Below are positions 18,283 to 26,999 of a DNA stretch of 43,485 nucleotides, piece after piece. Both the position numbers and the translations under genes were made by a program. The notes under the pieces were generated by a model, which was not told the DNA's origin, made no database searches, and worked only from the letters and a program-made list of their open reading frames with translations. Position 1 is the first letter of the stretch. The number at the start of each line of letters is the position of its first letter. The stretch comes from Gemmatimonadota bacterium (GTDB taxonomy: Bacteria; Gemmatimonadota; Gemmatimonadetes; Gemmatimonadales; GWC2-71-9), in NCBI GenBank assembly GCA_039586365.1, contig JBDHKN010000065.1, positions 1 to 43,485 on the forward strand. Direction: 5' to 3'.

Positions 18283-19475
18283 ACCAGCTGGCGGGTGAAT
18301 CCCGGCCGCAACACCTGCCCAGCTGGGATGAAGTCGCCGGTCACTCCCACCAGCAAATCCGCCAGATGCGGCTTCGACTGAAGGCGCCTGGCCACATGGT
18401 CGAGAGCGAACGGATGCCCGACGACCCAAGCTATGATCCGCTCAAGCATCCACTTGCCCCTGAATTCCCTGTTGCGAGCCCGGTCATAGGCTGCGAGATG
18501 CGTTGCAGTGAGCCGATCCGACTCGAGCAGGTTCGCTACCACTGACACCAGCATCTCTGCTCCCCGCAGCGCTGCGTACACTCCTTCGCCGGTAAACGGA
18601 TCGTAGAAATCCGCTGCATCTCCCACCAGCACTGCTCGCTCCGCCGATGCGCGGGTCGATGACCTGGCGAAGGGGCCCGCCCCACGTGGCGGTGCCGTAT
18701 AGTCGGCGCCCGCCAAGCGATGCTGTACCTCGGGAATCGCTTGGATCACTCGGTGGAACCAGTCGATCGGCTTGCCCCACACAGCGCGGCTATCAGCGAC
18801 TACACAGACATTGGTGAGTCCCTTCCCTACAGGCGCAAGCCCAACATATCCTCCGCGCGTCACGTGCATCTCTCCGACTGGACCCATACCAGCCACACCG
18901 TGGGCATGTGTCACCAGGGCCACTCGCTGCAGCAATCCGCGCCGAGCCAACCGGAGCTGCTTCGCGACCCGCGACTGCAAACCGTCAGCACCCACCACGA
19001 GCCGAGCGGTCACCGTGGTTCGATGTCCCTCCCGGCGCAGTTGCAGGGTTCGCGCAGACCGGGTCGGCTCACCGAGCGACTCCAGCGCAGTCCGTTCGAG
19101 CAGAGTTACTCCATTTTGCTGAGCAGCCTGTACGAGGTAATGATCCAATATGGCTCTGGGGAGGGCGATGCCCCGATCAGAGTATGCGCTGAAGCGACGA
19201 GTTGATGTGAAGTGGCCCTCAAAAGAAGTGCCGTTCGGACTCACCACTCTCATGCCCCGGAGCAGCGCCGGTCGTTCGCTGTCTAGCGCGGATGGACCAA
19301 GTAGGCTGTCCAATAGTCTGCGTGCTTCGGGGCTGACATATTCGCCACAAGGCTTCTCTCGCGGAAACGCGGCTCGGTCTAACAGCAGCACATCGGCGCC
19401 GCGATCGGCAAGCAGATTTGCCGTCGCGCTACCGGCTGGCCCGGCGCCGACAATGGCAACGTCGTAGTGGGACAT
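18276..19475 (-). CDS. FAD-dependent oxidoreductase (geranylgeranyl reductase/flavin monooxygenase-like)
   Basis: VGAGPAG Rossmann motif, FPREKPCGE, VGADG, LVGDAADFYDPFTGEG. Confidence 0.9.
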   Translation of the reverse strand: MSHYDVAIVGAGPAGSATANLLADRGADVLLLDRAAFPREKPCGEYVSPEARRLLDSLLGPSALDSERPALLRGMRVVSPNGTSFEGHFTSTRRFSAYSDRGIALPRAILDHYLVQAAQQNGVTLLERTALESLGEPTRSARTLQLRREGHRTTVTARLVVGADGLQSRVAKQLRLARRGLLQRVALVTHAHGVAGMGPVGEMHVTRGGYVGLAPVGKGLTNVCVVADSRAVWGKPIDWFHRVIQAIPEVQHRLAGADYTAPPRGAGPFARSSTRASAERAVLVGDAADFYDPFTGEGVYAALRGAEMLVSVVANLLESDRLTATHLAAYDRARNREFRGKWMLERIIAWVVGHPFALDHVARRLQSKPHLADLLVGVTGDFIPAGQVLRPGFTRQLVW

Positions 19476-19525
19476 GTTACGTTGTATATCTCAACCCGAT
19501 GAGAGTCAAGCTTGTTCCCATAACA

Positions 19526-20308
19526 ATGACCCGCTCTGTCAATTCAAGCCAGCTGCGTGACCTGAACATGCAGCAGGATCTATCGGCGCCGGCCAGCAAG
19601 CGCCGCTACGTCCGGATTCTGTTCGATACGGTGGAAAGCAGCTACGACTGGTTCACTCGGCTGTTCTCGGCTGGGATGGATGCCGCATGGAAGAAGCAGA
19701 TGGCAACCTTGCTGATTGAGAACGGGCTTACCGCAGGACGGGTGCTGGATCTGGCGACCGGCACCGGAGATCTGGTAACCCGGTTGGAGGCGCAGATCCC
19801 TGGCGCTGAAGTCATCGGAGCGGATCTTTCGCTTGGCATGGTGCGTCGGGCAAACATGCGTGCATTGCCGCGCAGACGCAGCAACGCGGTTGCCGATATG
19901 ACTACTCTGCCATACTCGTCGGGATCTATCACGGCCATCACCGCCGGATACGCCTTCCGAAATGCGCCGAACCACCCCGCTGCACTCGCAGAAGCATACC
20001 GCGTGCTTGCACCAGAAGGGTTGCTCGTCACGCTCGATTTCTACTTGCCGAAATCGCGAGTCTGGCGCCGTCTATTTCTGGGATACCTTCGTGTGGCAGG
20101 CCGGCTAGTCGGCCGCATGGTTCATGGAGTTCCCGAGGCCTACGGCTACATCGCTGCATCTCTCGAGCGATGGATGACAACTGACGACTTCTCGGCATCG
20201 CTCAATCGATCAGGATTCCAGGTGGTCGACGAACGCCTGCGGCTTGGAGGTGGAATCGCGATTCACCTTGCGAGGAAGAGGGCACAGCAACTCAGAGCTT
20301 CACTCTGA
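19526..20308 (+). CDS. UbiE/MenG-family quinone C-methyltransferase
   Basis: LFDTVESSYDWFTRLFSAGMDAAWK, VLDLATGTGD, GYAFRN, YGYIAASL. Start 19526 or 19568. Confidence 0.8.
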   Translation: MTRSVNSSQLRDLNMQQDLSAPASKRRYVRILFDTVESSYDWFTRLFSAGMDAAWKKQMATLLIENGLTAGRVLDLATGTGDLVTRLEAQIPGAEVIGADLSLGMVRRANMRALPRRRSNAVADMTTLPYSSGSITAITAGYAFRNAPNHPAALAEAYRVLAPEGLLVTLDFYLPKSRVWRRLFLGYLRVAGRLVGRMVHGVPEAYGYIAASLERWMTTDDFSASLNRSGFQVVDERLRLGGGIAIHLARKRAQQLRASL

Positions 20309-20891
20309 ACTGCTTCAAGTACTTGGTGATTCCCGCGGGCGTGCCCTCGATGGATTCCTGTCCCTCCTCCCAATTCGCGGGACACATGCGCCCATGGGTC
20401 TCGATATGGCGCAAGGCGTCAAGAACGCGGAGCGTATCCTCCATGTTGCGGCCCACATTGGGATCGTTGACCAGCTGATGGCGGACCACACCCTGACGGT
20501 CGAGCAGGAAGGTTGCACGGAGCGCCACAAAATCGTCTGCGAGCACCCCGTAATCCCGTGTGATCTGCTGCGAGACGTCCGCAACCAGCGGGAACCGGAT
20601 CGGGCCGATGCCGCCCTCCTCGATCGGGGTTCTTCTCCAGGCTTGGTGAGTGAAATGGGAGTCCACCGAAATCCCCAAGACTTCGCAATCGCGCTCACGG
20701 AACTGGTCGACTTTATGATCGGTCGCCAGTAGCTCGGTAGGGCAAACGAAGCTGAAATCCTGCGGATAGAAAATGAGCGTCACGTACTTGCCCCGCAGAT
20801 CCGCAAGCGCGAAGTCGTCCTTGAACGTGTCGTCGGGCATCACCGCCGTAGCGGTGAACAGTGGGGCCTCCTTGGTCACCAGCACGCTCAT
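20292..20891 (-). CDS. ahpC: 2-Cys peroxiredoxin (AhpC/Prx1)
   Basis: FYPQDFSFVCPTE, GRNMEDTLR, CPANW resolving Cys. Confidence 0.93.
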   Translation of the reverse strand: MSVLVTKEAPLFTATAVMPDDTFKDDFALADLRGKYVTLIFYPQDFSFVCPTELLATDHKVDQFRERDCEVLGISVDSHFTHQAWRRTPIEEGGIGPIRFPLVADVSQQITRDYGVLADDFVALRATFLLDRQGVVRHQLVNDPNVGRNMEDTLRVLDALRHIETHGRMCPANWEEGQESIEGTPAGITKYLKQFRVKL

Positions 20892-21271
20892 GTCCCGCCC
20901 GCCTCTGTCGATACGTCTTTGGCCATCTCCTGTCGAACCTCGTTCATGTCGAGCGCCTTGACCTGAGCGATGAGATCATCCAGCGAAGCCTCAGGCAGGT
21001 ATCCGGGCTGTTCCGCAATCATGATCCGATCGCGGATCACCACGAGCATCGGGATCGATGTCACGCCGAACCCTTGTTTGACATCCCTAGCTTCGTCCGC
21101 GTTCACCCGGCAGAACGCCAGGTCCGGGTGTCGCTCGGCGGCTGCTTCAAACACGGGAAGGAACTCCCGACAAGGCGGACACCAGGGCGCCCAGAAGTCG
21201 AGTAGTCCTATCGAATGTTGCTCGAGCACCCGCTCGAGATCCGACTCGTTGGTGACGGTGTGAACAGACAT
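20888..21271 (-). CDS. thioredoxin
   Basis: DFWAPWCPPC, SIP cis-Pro motif; ATGA overlap with the peroxiredoxin. Confidence 0.92.
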   Translation of the reverse strand: MSVHTVTNESDLERVLEQHSIGLLDFWAPWCPPCREFLPVFEAAAERHPDLAFCRVNADEARDVKQGFGVTSIPMLVVIRDRIMIAEQPGYLPEASLDDLIAQVKALDMNEVRQEMAKDVSTEAGGT

Positions 21272-21286
21272 GGCGGACTCAAGAAC

Positions 21287-21312
21287 GCGGGCGGGGCCGA
21301 AACCCCACCCGC
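21287..21312 (-). terminator. strong stem-loop inside the small-protein/trx/prx operon
   Basis: Minus strand GCGGGUGGGG-UUUCGG-CCCCGCCCGC followed by GUUCUU. Confidence 0.65.
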
Positions 21313-21328
21313 CGTCACTAGCTGGGGC

Positions 21329-21511
21329 TCAGCCGCCCTCAGCCATATGAATATCGCTGTGCGCGACGCAGCCTTGCTTCTTGAAATCCTCGCTCTTTGG
21401 ATCGACTTCCGCATCGCACAACCAGTACTCACCGTTATCGTCCACGTAGACCTTGATCGGCCGAGTGCCCGGCTTCAGAATTCCCTTCCCAATGTGCAGC
21501 TTGGTGTCCAT
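21329..21511 (-). CDS. 60-aa hypothetical protein with two Cys and a C-terminal Gly-Gly
   Basis: Strong RBS aaaggagagg before ATG 21511, protein-like composition, own sigma70-like promoter. Confidence 0.75.
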   Translation of the reverse strand: MDTKLHIGKGILKPGTRPIKVYVDDNGEYWLCDAEVDPKSEDFKKQGCVAHSDIHMAEGG

Positions 21512-21589
21512 CGTCCTCTCCTTTGAATCGGTGCTTCTGCTTGCTTTATTGGAATCAAACGGCTCAGCGTGAGTGCTCATACAATTGGC

Positions 21590-21618
21590 ATCCTAGACCA
21601 GTAACAGTCAGTCGTCAA
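21590..21618 (-). promoter_or_regulatory. sigma70-like promoter for the small protein-trx-prx operon
   Basis: Minus strand TTGACG-17-TAGGAT. Confidence 0.65.
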
Positions 21619-21905
21619 GGTAGAATGCTGTGCGTGATTGCCAGGGACGAATCCCTAACGGCACCGTTGTTGACCCCTTCGCACCCGGGTTGCCGCGGTG
21701 TGTGCCGCTGCAGTGCGCGAGCGAAACGCTGAGTGGCTTCGGTCGGGATCGGCGCTAACTTTCGGCGCGCCTCAGAACTGCATGCCGATCGAGCTAGTAC
21801 GGGTATCACCACCGTGTGGCTTATCCGAGGACTGTTACTCGCAGTGGTTCTCTACACGACGTGGAGCCGTAGCCGGCGGCGCGACACTTATCGACGGAGG
21901 CCGTT

Positions 21906-22334
21906 GTGCTCAAACGCGTTAGTTACATAAGCAAGTTCTCCCGCCCACTTACTAATGACGAGGTCGCTCAACTGGCGACTGACGCCGCGGAGCGGAATCG
22001 CCAATTGGGTGTGACCGGAATGCTGATGTCGAGCGGCGGGATCTTTTACCAAGTGCTCGAGGGCCCGATCGAGGCAGTTGATAGCTTGTTCCAAAAGATC
22101 GCTATCGATCCGCGCCACAAGGATGTGCTTGTACTCAGCGTCCAAGAGGAAGTGGAAGACCGGCAATTCCCGTCGTGGGCTATGAAGAAGGTCAACTTGG
22201 ATGAGGAGGCCGTAACCAGGCTGGAACCTATCAAGGCTCTGCTCGATGCCATAGTTGTGCAGCGGGAGAGCATGCAGCACTTGATGCGCGTATTGTCACG
22301 ATCGGTCTGGCAGGAGCTGATGGACGACAATTGA
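21906..22334 (+). CDS. stand-alone BLUF blue-light sensor (photoactivated adenylyl cyclase-type BLUF)
   Basis: Conserved Tyr (VSYIS), RN..GVTG.L, YQVLEG (Gln), DPRH, FPSWAM (Trp/Met); RBS ggagg. Confidence 0.93.
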   Translation: MLKRVSYISKFSRPLTNDEVAQLATDAAERNRQLGVTGMLMSSGGIFYQVLEGPIEAVDSLFQKIAIDPRHKDVLVLSVQEEVEDRQFPSWAMKKVNLDEEAVTRLEPIKALLDAIVVQRESMQHLMRVLSRSVWQELMDDN

Positions 22335-22340
22335 CAGGCG

Positions 22341-25300
22341 CTAGGAGAATTGGGTGGCGACCTCCGCCTTGCCTAGTCGCTTTGAAATGGCTGCACCCAA
22401 TTGTTGGACTTGCACCGCCCGATCAGGGAACCCTGTCTTGTGAGCGCGTTCGATAGCCAGTATCAAACACCTCACCACATCCGGCGTAAGCACTTCTGTA
22501 TCTGTCAATAGTGCCGCGGTCTGATTCAAGCTCGACTGGAAGTCATGGGCCGAACCATCGATCACGAGAGCCAAACCGAGACAACTCATCAACAGCCGAG
22601 CAACTCGCGGTACATCGAGGTCAGGGCTGCTCCGAAACTGCTCGACCTCCAAGTCGCAGCGGTCGATCGAACCCGATTCCAGAAACAGGAGCGCTCTCAA
22701 CAACCTTGGATAATGGGTCTGACGCACGAGCCCGAGTTGCTCGAACAGCTCGATGCTCTGGTCGAGTGAGAGTTCGGCATTCGTCAGCTGGCCTTCCGCA
22801 ATCTGAACCTCGGACAGGACCAGCCACGCAGCCGCCTCCACGCGGCTCATGTCCTCTCGCTGCGCAAAGGCGCGCACTCGCCGACAGAACGTCTTGGCAT
22901 GTTCTGGATCTCCTTGACACAACGCAACCCGAGCAAGGCCAAGTTGGTTTTCTGCCCAGGGAACCAGCTGGTGGATCTCCTCGTAGATTTCCTGAGCTTC
23001 GTTGAAGGTTCCCCAAGCCTGGTCCAGCAAGTCCATCTCCAACATGGCTTGCGCCTGCTCCGCCAAACACGCTGCCAGCTTATCCTTGGGTCCGGTGACA
23101 CGCAGCGTGCGTTCTGCCTCCGCAAACTCGTCAAGTGCGGCGTGCAGTCTTCCTTGGTGCTGGTTTACGCGGGCCAACACCAGATGTGCCACTCCGTCGA
23201 ATCGTTTCGTGTCAGCACTTATGGCAAGTGCTCTCACTCGATTCGCCAATCCTTCGGCTTCTTTGAGTTCTCGCCGTGTGGTGTTGATCTCTGCTCGCAA
23301 TAGCCACCCTTCCAGGCGCCGAGGATCATTGATCGGCCTGCCCAGTTCGTCCAAAGCACGGGAGTACAGCTCGAGCAGTCCGAGGGCCGCGGAGTATTCC
23401 TCCAAGCGCAAGCGCTCTCTTGCAGCCCGCAGCAGCGGACCTACCGCAGCCTCGAATTGAGTGGCCTCAAACCGATGGCGGCCGATCCGTTCGGAGTCGC
23501 CCCAATGAGGGACGGGGTGACGCTGTTCCAACATGTCCGCACACAATCGGTTGTGAGAACCCCAGCGGCCCTTTTCTCGCGCGATCCTCTCGATGCTGTC
23601 ACGCAGCATGCTGTGGCTGAAGGACCAACCACTATTCGCCATTCGGGCCATTCGGGAAGCCAACAGGGATTCCAGTACGAGAGTGGGATCCGGAATGCGT
23701 GCGAGCGAACATAGCGAGAGCCACTCGGTCATATCGACTCTGCCACCCAACACTGCTGCAAGTTCCAGTACCACCTGTATTTGAATCCGCTGAGCGACCG
23801 GAGTGGGAGATCCGATTATTCCAGCCGTACTCTCGTCCAACACGCGCTCCAACCTATGCACCCATACGGCGTGGATGTTGTCGGGAACCTCAGGTTCAAC
23901 GGCGCCAGAAAGCACGAAGCCACTGCGACCCGCTTGGAGGATCCCGCGGCCAACCCAATCCCCAACCAACTCGGTGGCGTACAGGGGGTTTGCGCCCGAA
24001 CGAGCCGAGACCCGCTCGGCCAAGTCGCCCTCGAGATACAGCATGCTGCTCACCAGCAGCCGGCTGTCTGCGGCGGAGAGAGGTTCCAAGCGTAAACACT
24101 CTGCTGCCTCTCCCAGACAGAGCTCACGCAGCAAGCCGGACGCCTCTCGTGCTTCGACCAGGAGATCGTCCCGCGCTGTGACCACGGCCATCATCGGTAT
24201 GGGCTCTACCCGCGATCTCTCCAGCACGTAGCGGGTGAAATGGAGGGCATCAACACCCCAATGCACATCATCCAGCCAAACCACAAGAGGCCTCTCACTA
24301 TACACATGGCGTAGGGCCTCGAACAGAGAACTGAAAAGCGCTGATCGAGATTGGAATTCATGAAACATCCCTGGGGTGTAGTCATCACCCAGCGAGGCAG
24401 GTCCCAGAAGCTCGGTAACAGCCCGTTGCAGTACCCGTGACTCGATTCCGGCCGACGACAAGGTGGCTGTGACACGGTCCTGCAATTCCTCTGCACTAGA
24501 GCCCAGACAAGCCCACGCTGCAGCCAGCATGTGACTGAGTTCGGATTCTCTTCCGCGAGACCGGTCGTGCTCCGCCCTGAGGCAATCGGCCAAACCCATT
24601 TCATGGGTTCGCTCACAAAACCACTCTGCCAACCGGCTCTTGCCTGCACCCGCCGATCCCTCCAAGACAACGAGCCCAGGCATCCCCCGCTCGGACACGC
24701 GTCTGAACATCTGCCACATCTGATCGCGTTCCGAATCCCGATCGACCAGCGGGACAGTTCTCAAGCCGAACAGCCGGAGACCTGTCCCAATGAGCTTGAA
24801 TGGACGCCGCTGCGGAGGGGCTGTCCTCCAATCCAACTCCGCCGCCGTGCTGAACCCAGGCAGCGATGCAGATGTGGTGGCGTAGAATCGATCGGTCTCG
24901 ACGGCGGCCCCAGACACGCCCCTGTCTCGAGTAGGAGCCGGAGTAGTCAACGATGCCAACGCAACGGTGGCGTCGGCACACCGCCTGTACCTGTTCGCGG
25001 GATTCTTTTCCAGCAGCTTCATCACCCAACTCTCGAATCCATCAGGGTAGTCTGGGTGGCAATCAAGCTCCGGAGCCCTATGCTGAATGTGTGCCAAGCC
25101 CAACTGCACCAGGTCGCGCTGCTCAAATGGAACTCGACCCGAGGCCAGCTCATACGCCACGCAACCCAGCGCGTACAGATCTGTCCAAGGGCCGAAATCA
25201 CGCCATTCACCCATGAATTGCTCGGGCGCCATGTAGGTCGGTGTACCTACGGCCGAACCGTCGGCTTCCTCGGTACGAATCTCCTTGAACGAGAACGCTA

Positions 25301-25796
25301 TGCCGAAATCGGTCAGCCGAATGGGAGACCCCGTAAGCTTGTCGGCGATGAGGATGTTGCCCGGCTTGAGGTCACGATGAGTGATGCCACGTGCGTGAGC
25401 GTGAGCAAGCCCATCAAGCACCGCCATCAGGATCTCCCTCGCCCTTGGCCAGGGGAGCGGATACTCCAGTGAATCGAGTGACCCGCGCTCAAGATACTCC
25501 ATTACCAGATAGGGGCTGCCTATGTCGAGAGCACCGGCTGACGCGCTGGATGTCTCCTCGGGCACATCGCCTATGTCGAACAAAGTGATGATGCCCGGAT
25601 GGTCAAGCTGCGCCACCGCTCGCACCTCACTGCGGAAGACCCTCCTGAAATAGTGGTCTTCCTCGCTCTTCCGCCTTATCACCTTGATCGCGACGGGGAT
25701 ATCTTGAACGACGTGCACGCCGCTCCAGATATCTCCCATCCCACCTGAAGCAATCCTTTCCAGCACTTCGAATGAGCCCAACCGGAACCCGCTCAT
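22341..25796 (-). CDS. Ser/Thr kinase fused to an AAA/STAND-like ATPase and TPR-like helical repeats
   Basis: IASGGMGDIW, VAIKV, HRDLKPGN, DFG, YMAPE; PLVDRDSE, Walker A GSAGAGKS, Walker B VVWLDD, GANPLY; helical C-terminus. Confidence 0.92.
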   Translation of the reverse strand: MSGFRLGSFEVLERIASGGMGDIWSGVHVVQDIPVAIKVIRRKSEEDHYFRRVFRSEVRAVAQLDHPGIITLFDIGDVPEETSSASAGALDIGSPYLVMEYLERGSLDSLEYPLPWPRAREILMAVLDGLAHAHARGITHRDLKPGNILIADKLTGSPIRLTDFGIAFSFKEIRTEEADGSAVGTPTYMAPEQFMGEWRDFGPWTDLYALGCVAYELASGRVPFEQRDLVQLGLAHIQHRAPELDCHPDYPDGFESWVMKLLEKNPANRYRRCADATVALASLTTPAPTRDRGVSGAAVETDRFYATTSASLPGFSTAAELDWRTAPPQRRPFKLIGTGLRLFGLRTVPLVDRDSERDQMWQMFRRVSERGMPGLVVLEGSAGAGKSRLAEWFCERTHEMGLADCLRAEHDRSRGRESELSHMLAAAWACLGSSAEELQDRVTATLSSAGIESRVLQRAVTELLGPASLGDDYTPGMFHEFQSRSALFSSLFEALRHVYSERPLVVWLDDVHWGVDALHFTRYVLERSRVEPIPMMAVVTARDDLLVEAREASGLLRELCLGEAAECLRLEPLSAADSRLLVSSMLYLEGDLAERVSARSGANPLYATELVGDWVGRGILQAGRSGFVLSGAVEPEVPDNIHAVWVHRLERVLDESTAGIIGSPTPVAQRIQIQVVLELAAVLGGRVDMTEWLSLCSLARIPDPTLVLESLLASRMARMANSGWSFSHSMLRDSIERIAREKGRWGSHNRLCADMLEQRHPVPHWGDSERIGRHRFEATQFEAAVGPLLRAARERLRLEEYSAALGLLELYSRALDELGRPINDPRRLEGWLLRAEINTTRRELKEAEGLANRVRALAISADTKRFDGVAHLVLARVNQHQGRLHAALDEFAEAERTLRVTGPKDKLAACLAEQAQAMLEMDLLDQAWGTFNEAQEIYEEIHQLVPWAENQLGLARVALCQGDPEHAKTFCRRVRAFAQREDMSRVEAAAWLVLSEVQIAEGQLTNAELSLDQSIELFEQLGLVRQTHYPRLLRALLFLESGSIDRCDLEVEQFRSSPDLDVPRVARLLMSCLGLALVIDGSAHDFQSSLNQTAALLTDTEVLTPDVVRCLILAIERAHKTGFPDRAVQVQQLGAAISKRLGKAEVATQFS

Positions 25797-25980
25797 GTTC
25801 TCAAACCCCTGACCGGAGTCAGCTTCGTCTCCTTGTCTCTTTCCAGTACTAGACTACACGCCTGAACGACCGATAGAAACACCACACATCTGGTCAGATC
25901 CATCAAGGGCTGGGACCCATCGGCCGAATAGATGGCTCGCCGTGGGCGATTCGGGCGATCTCACGTCGCTGCCGCCAGGC

Positions 25981-26032
25981 CTGAGCTGCGCCAGCTCAGC
26001 GCCGTTGACGCAGGCCTCCCGAGCGATATGAT
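25981..26032 (+). promoter_or_regulatory. tspO promoter with an upstream palindrome
   Basis: ctgagctg-cgc-cagctcag (25981-25999), then TTGACG (26005)-16-TATGAT (26027); RBS gggag at 26041. Confidence 0.6.
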
Positions 26033-26052
26033 CACTGACAGGGAGATATGTC

Positions 26053-26526
26053 ATGACCAATGCGTTGAAACTACTGGTCTCGATTGCCGTCCCACTCTCA
26101 GTGGGCGGTCTGTCCGGTTTCGCCACCGCTCGTGGTGTCCAGGACTGGTATCCCACTCTCGCCAAACCTCCGTTCAACCCTCCATCTTGGGTATTTGGTC
26201 CCGTCTGGACCCTACTGTATCTAATGATGGGTGTGGCGGCTTTTCTGGTGTGGCAGAGAGGTTGGAACAACGAAGCAGTCAGAATAGCGCTGGCGTTGTT
26301 CTTGGTGCAGCTTGTACTCAACGGGCTGTGGTCAGTCCTGTTTTTCGGGATGCAGTCGCCAGGTCTGGCCTTCGCCGAGATCATCGTACTGTGGCTGTCG
26401 ATCGGTACCACCGTGATACTGTTCTGGCGCGTCAGCCCAGTTGCAGGGAAGCTCTTGTTGCCGTATGCGGCGTGGGTCAGTTTCGCCGCGGTGCTGAACG
26501 GGTCTATTTGGATCTTGAACCGATAG
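26053..26526 (+). CDS. tspO: TspO/MBR tryptophan-rich sensory protein
   Basis: WYPTLAKPPFNPPSWVFGPVWTLLY, QLVLNGLWSVLFFG, LLLPYAAWVSFAAVLN. Confidence 0.95.
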   Translation: MTNALKLLVSIAVPLSVGGLSGFATARGVQDWYPTLAKPPFNPPSWVFGPVWTLLYLMMGVAAFLVWQRGWNNEAVRIALALFLVQLVLNGLWSVLFFGMQSPGLAFAEIIVLWLSIGTTVILFWRVSPVAGKLLLPYAAWVSFAAVLNGSIWILNR

Positions 26527-26591
26527 AACGGTTCAGCAATTGAACGATCGAACGACAACGTTCACGTAAACGATACGGCAGGTGAATCGAC

Positions 26592-26999
26592 ATGACTCTT
26601 TCGAGCCTCCTCAAGCTATACGCCGTCGCCCTCCCCACGTTCCTGGTGATCGACTTGGTCTGGTTGGGCGTTGTTGCGCGTTCGTTCTATCAGACTCAAC
26701 TCGGCCACTTGATGCGGGCCAATGTCAACTGGACAGCGGCGATGGTGTTCTACCTGTTGTTCGTGGTCGGCATCGTGGCGTTGGTGGTGTGGCCTGCTAT
26801 TGAGCGCCAGAGTCTGCTGCGTGCACTGCTGCTTGGTGCCTTGCTTGGTCTAGTCACGTACGCCGCCTACGACCTCACCAACCTCGCGATTCTGCAGGGT
26901 TTTCCGCTCATTATCGCGCTCGTTGACATGGCATGGGGCACGGTGCTGTGCGCGAGTGTCAGCGCCATCACCTACCGCATTGGGATCTGGCTGCTGTAG
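26592..26999 (+). CDS. DUF2177-family membrane protein
   Basis: FLVIDLVWLG...FY...GLVTYAAYDLTNLA...VDMAWG. Confidence 0.88.
   Translation: MTLSSLLKLYAVALPTFLVIDLVWLGVVARSFYQTQLGHLMRANVNWTAAMVFYLLFVVGIVALVVWPAIERQSLLRALLLGALLGLVTYAAYDLTNLAILQGFPLIIALVDMAWGTVLCASVSAITYRIGIWLL

Noticed and set aside
17575..20308. Either methyltransferase as the missing ArsM
   Set aside because: Neither shows the conserved Cys pattern of ArsM; motifs fit UbiE/MenG and PKS-associated methyltransferases
22341..25796. Avs/NLR-like anti-phage STAND system
   Set aside because: The architecture is compatible, but there are no defence neighbours and kinase-AAA-TPR signalling proteins are common; not supportable from sequence alone
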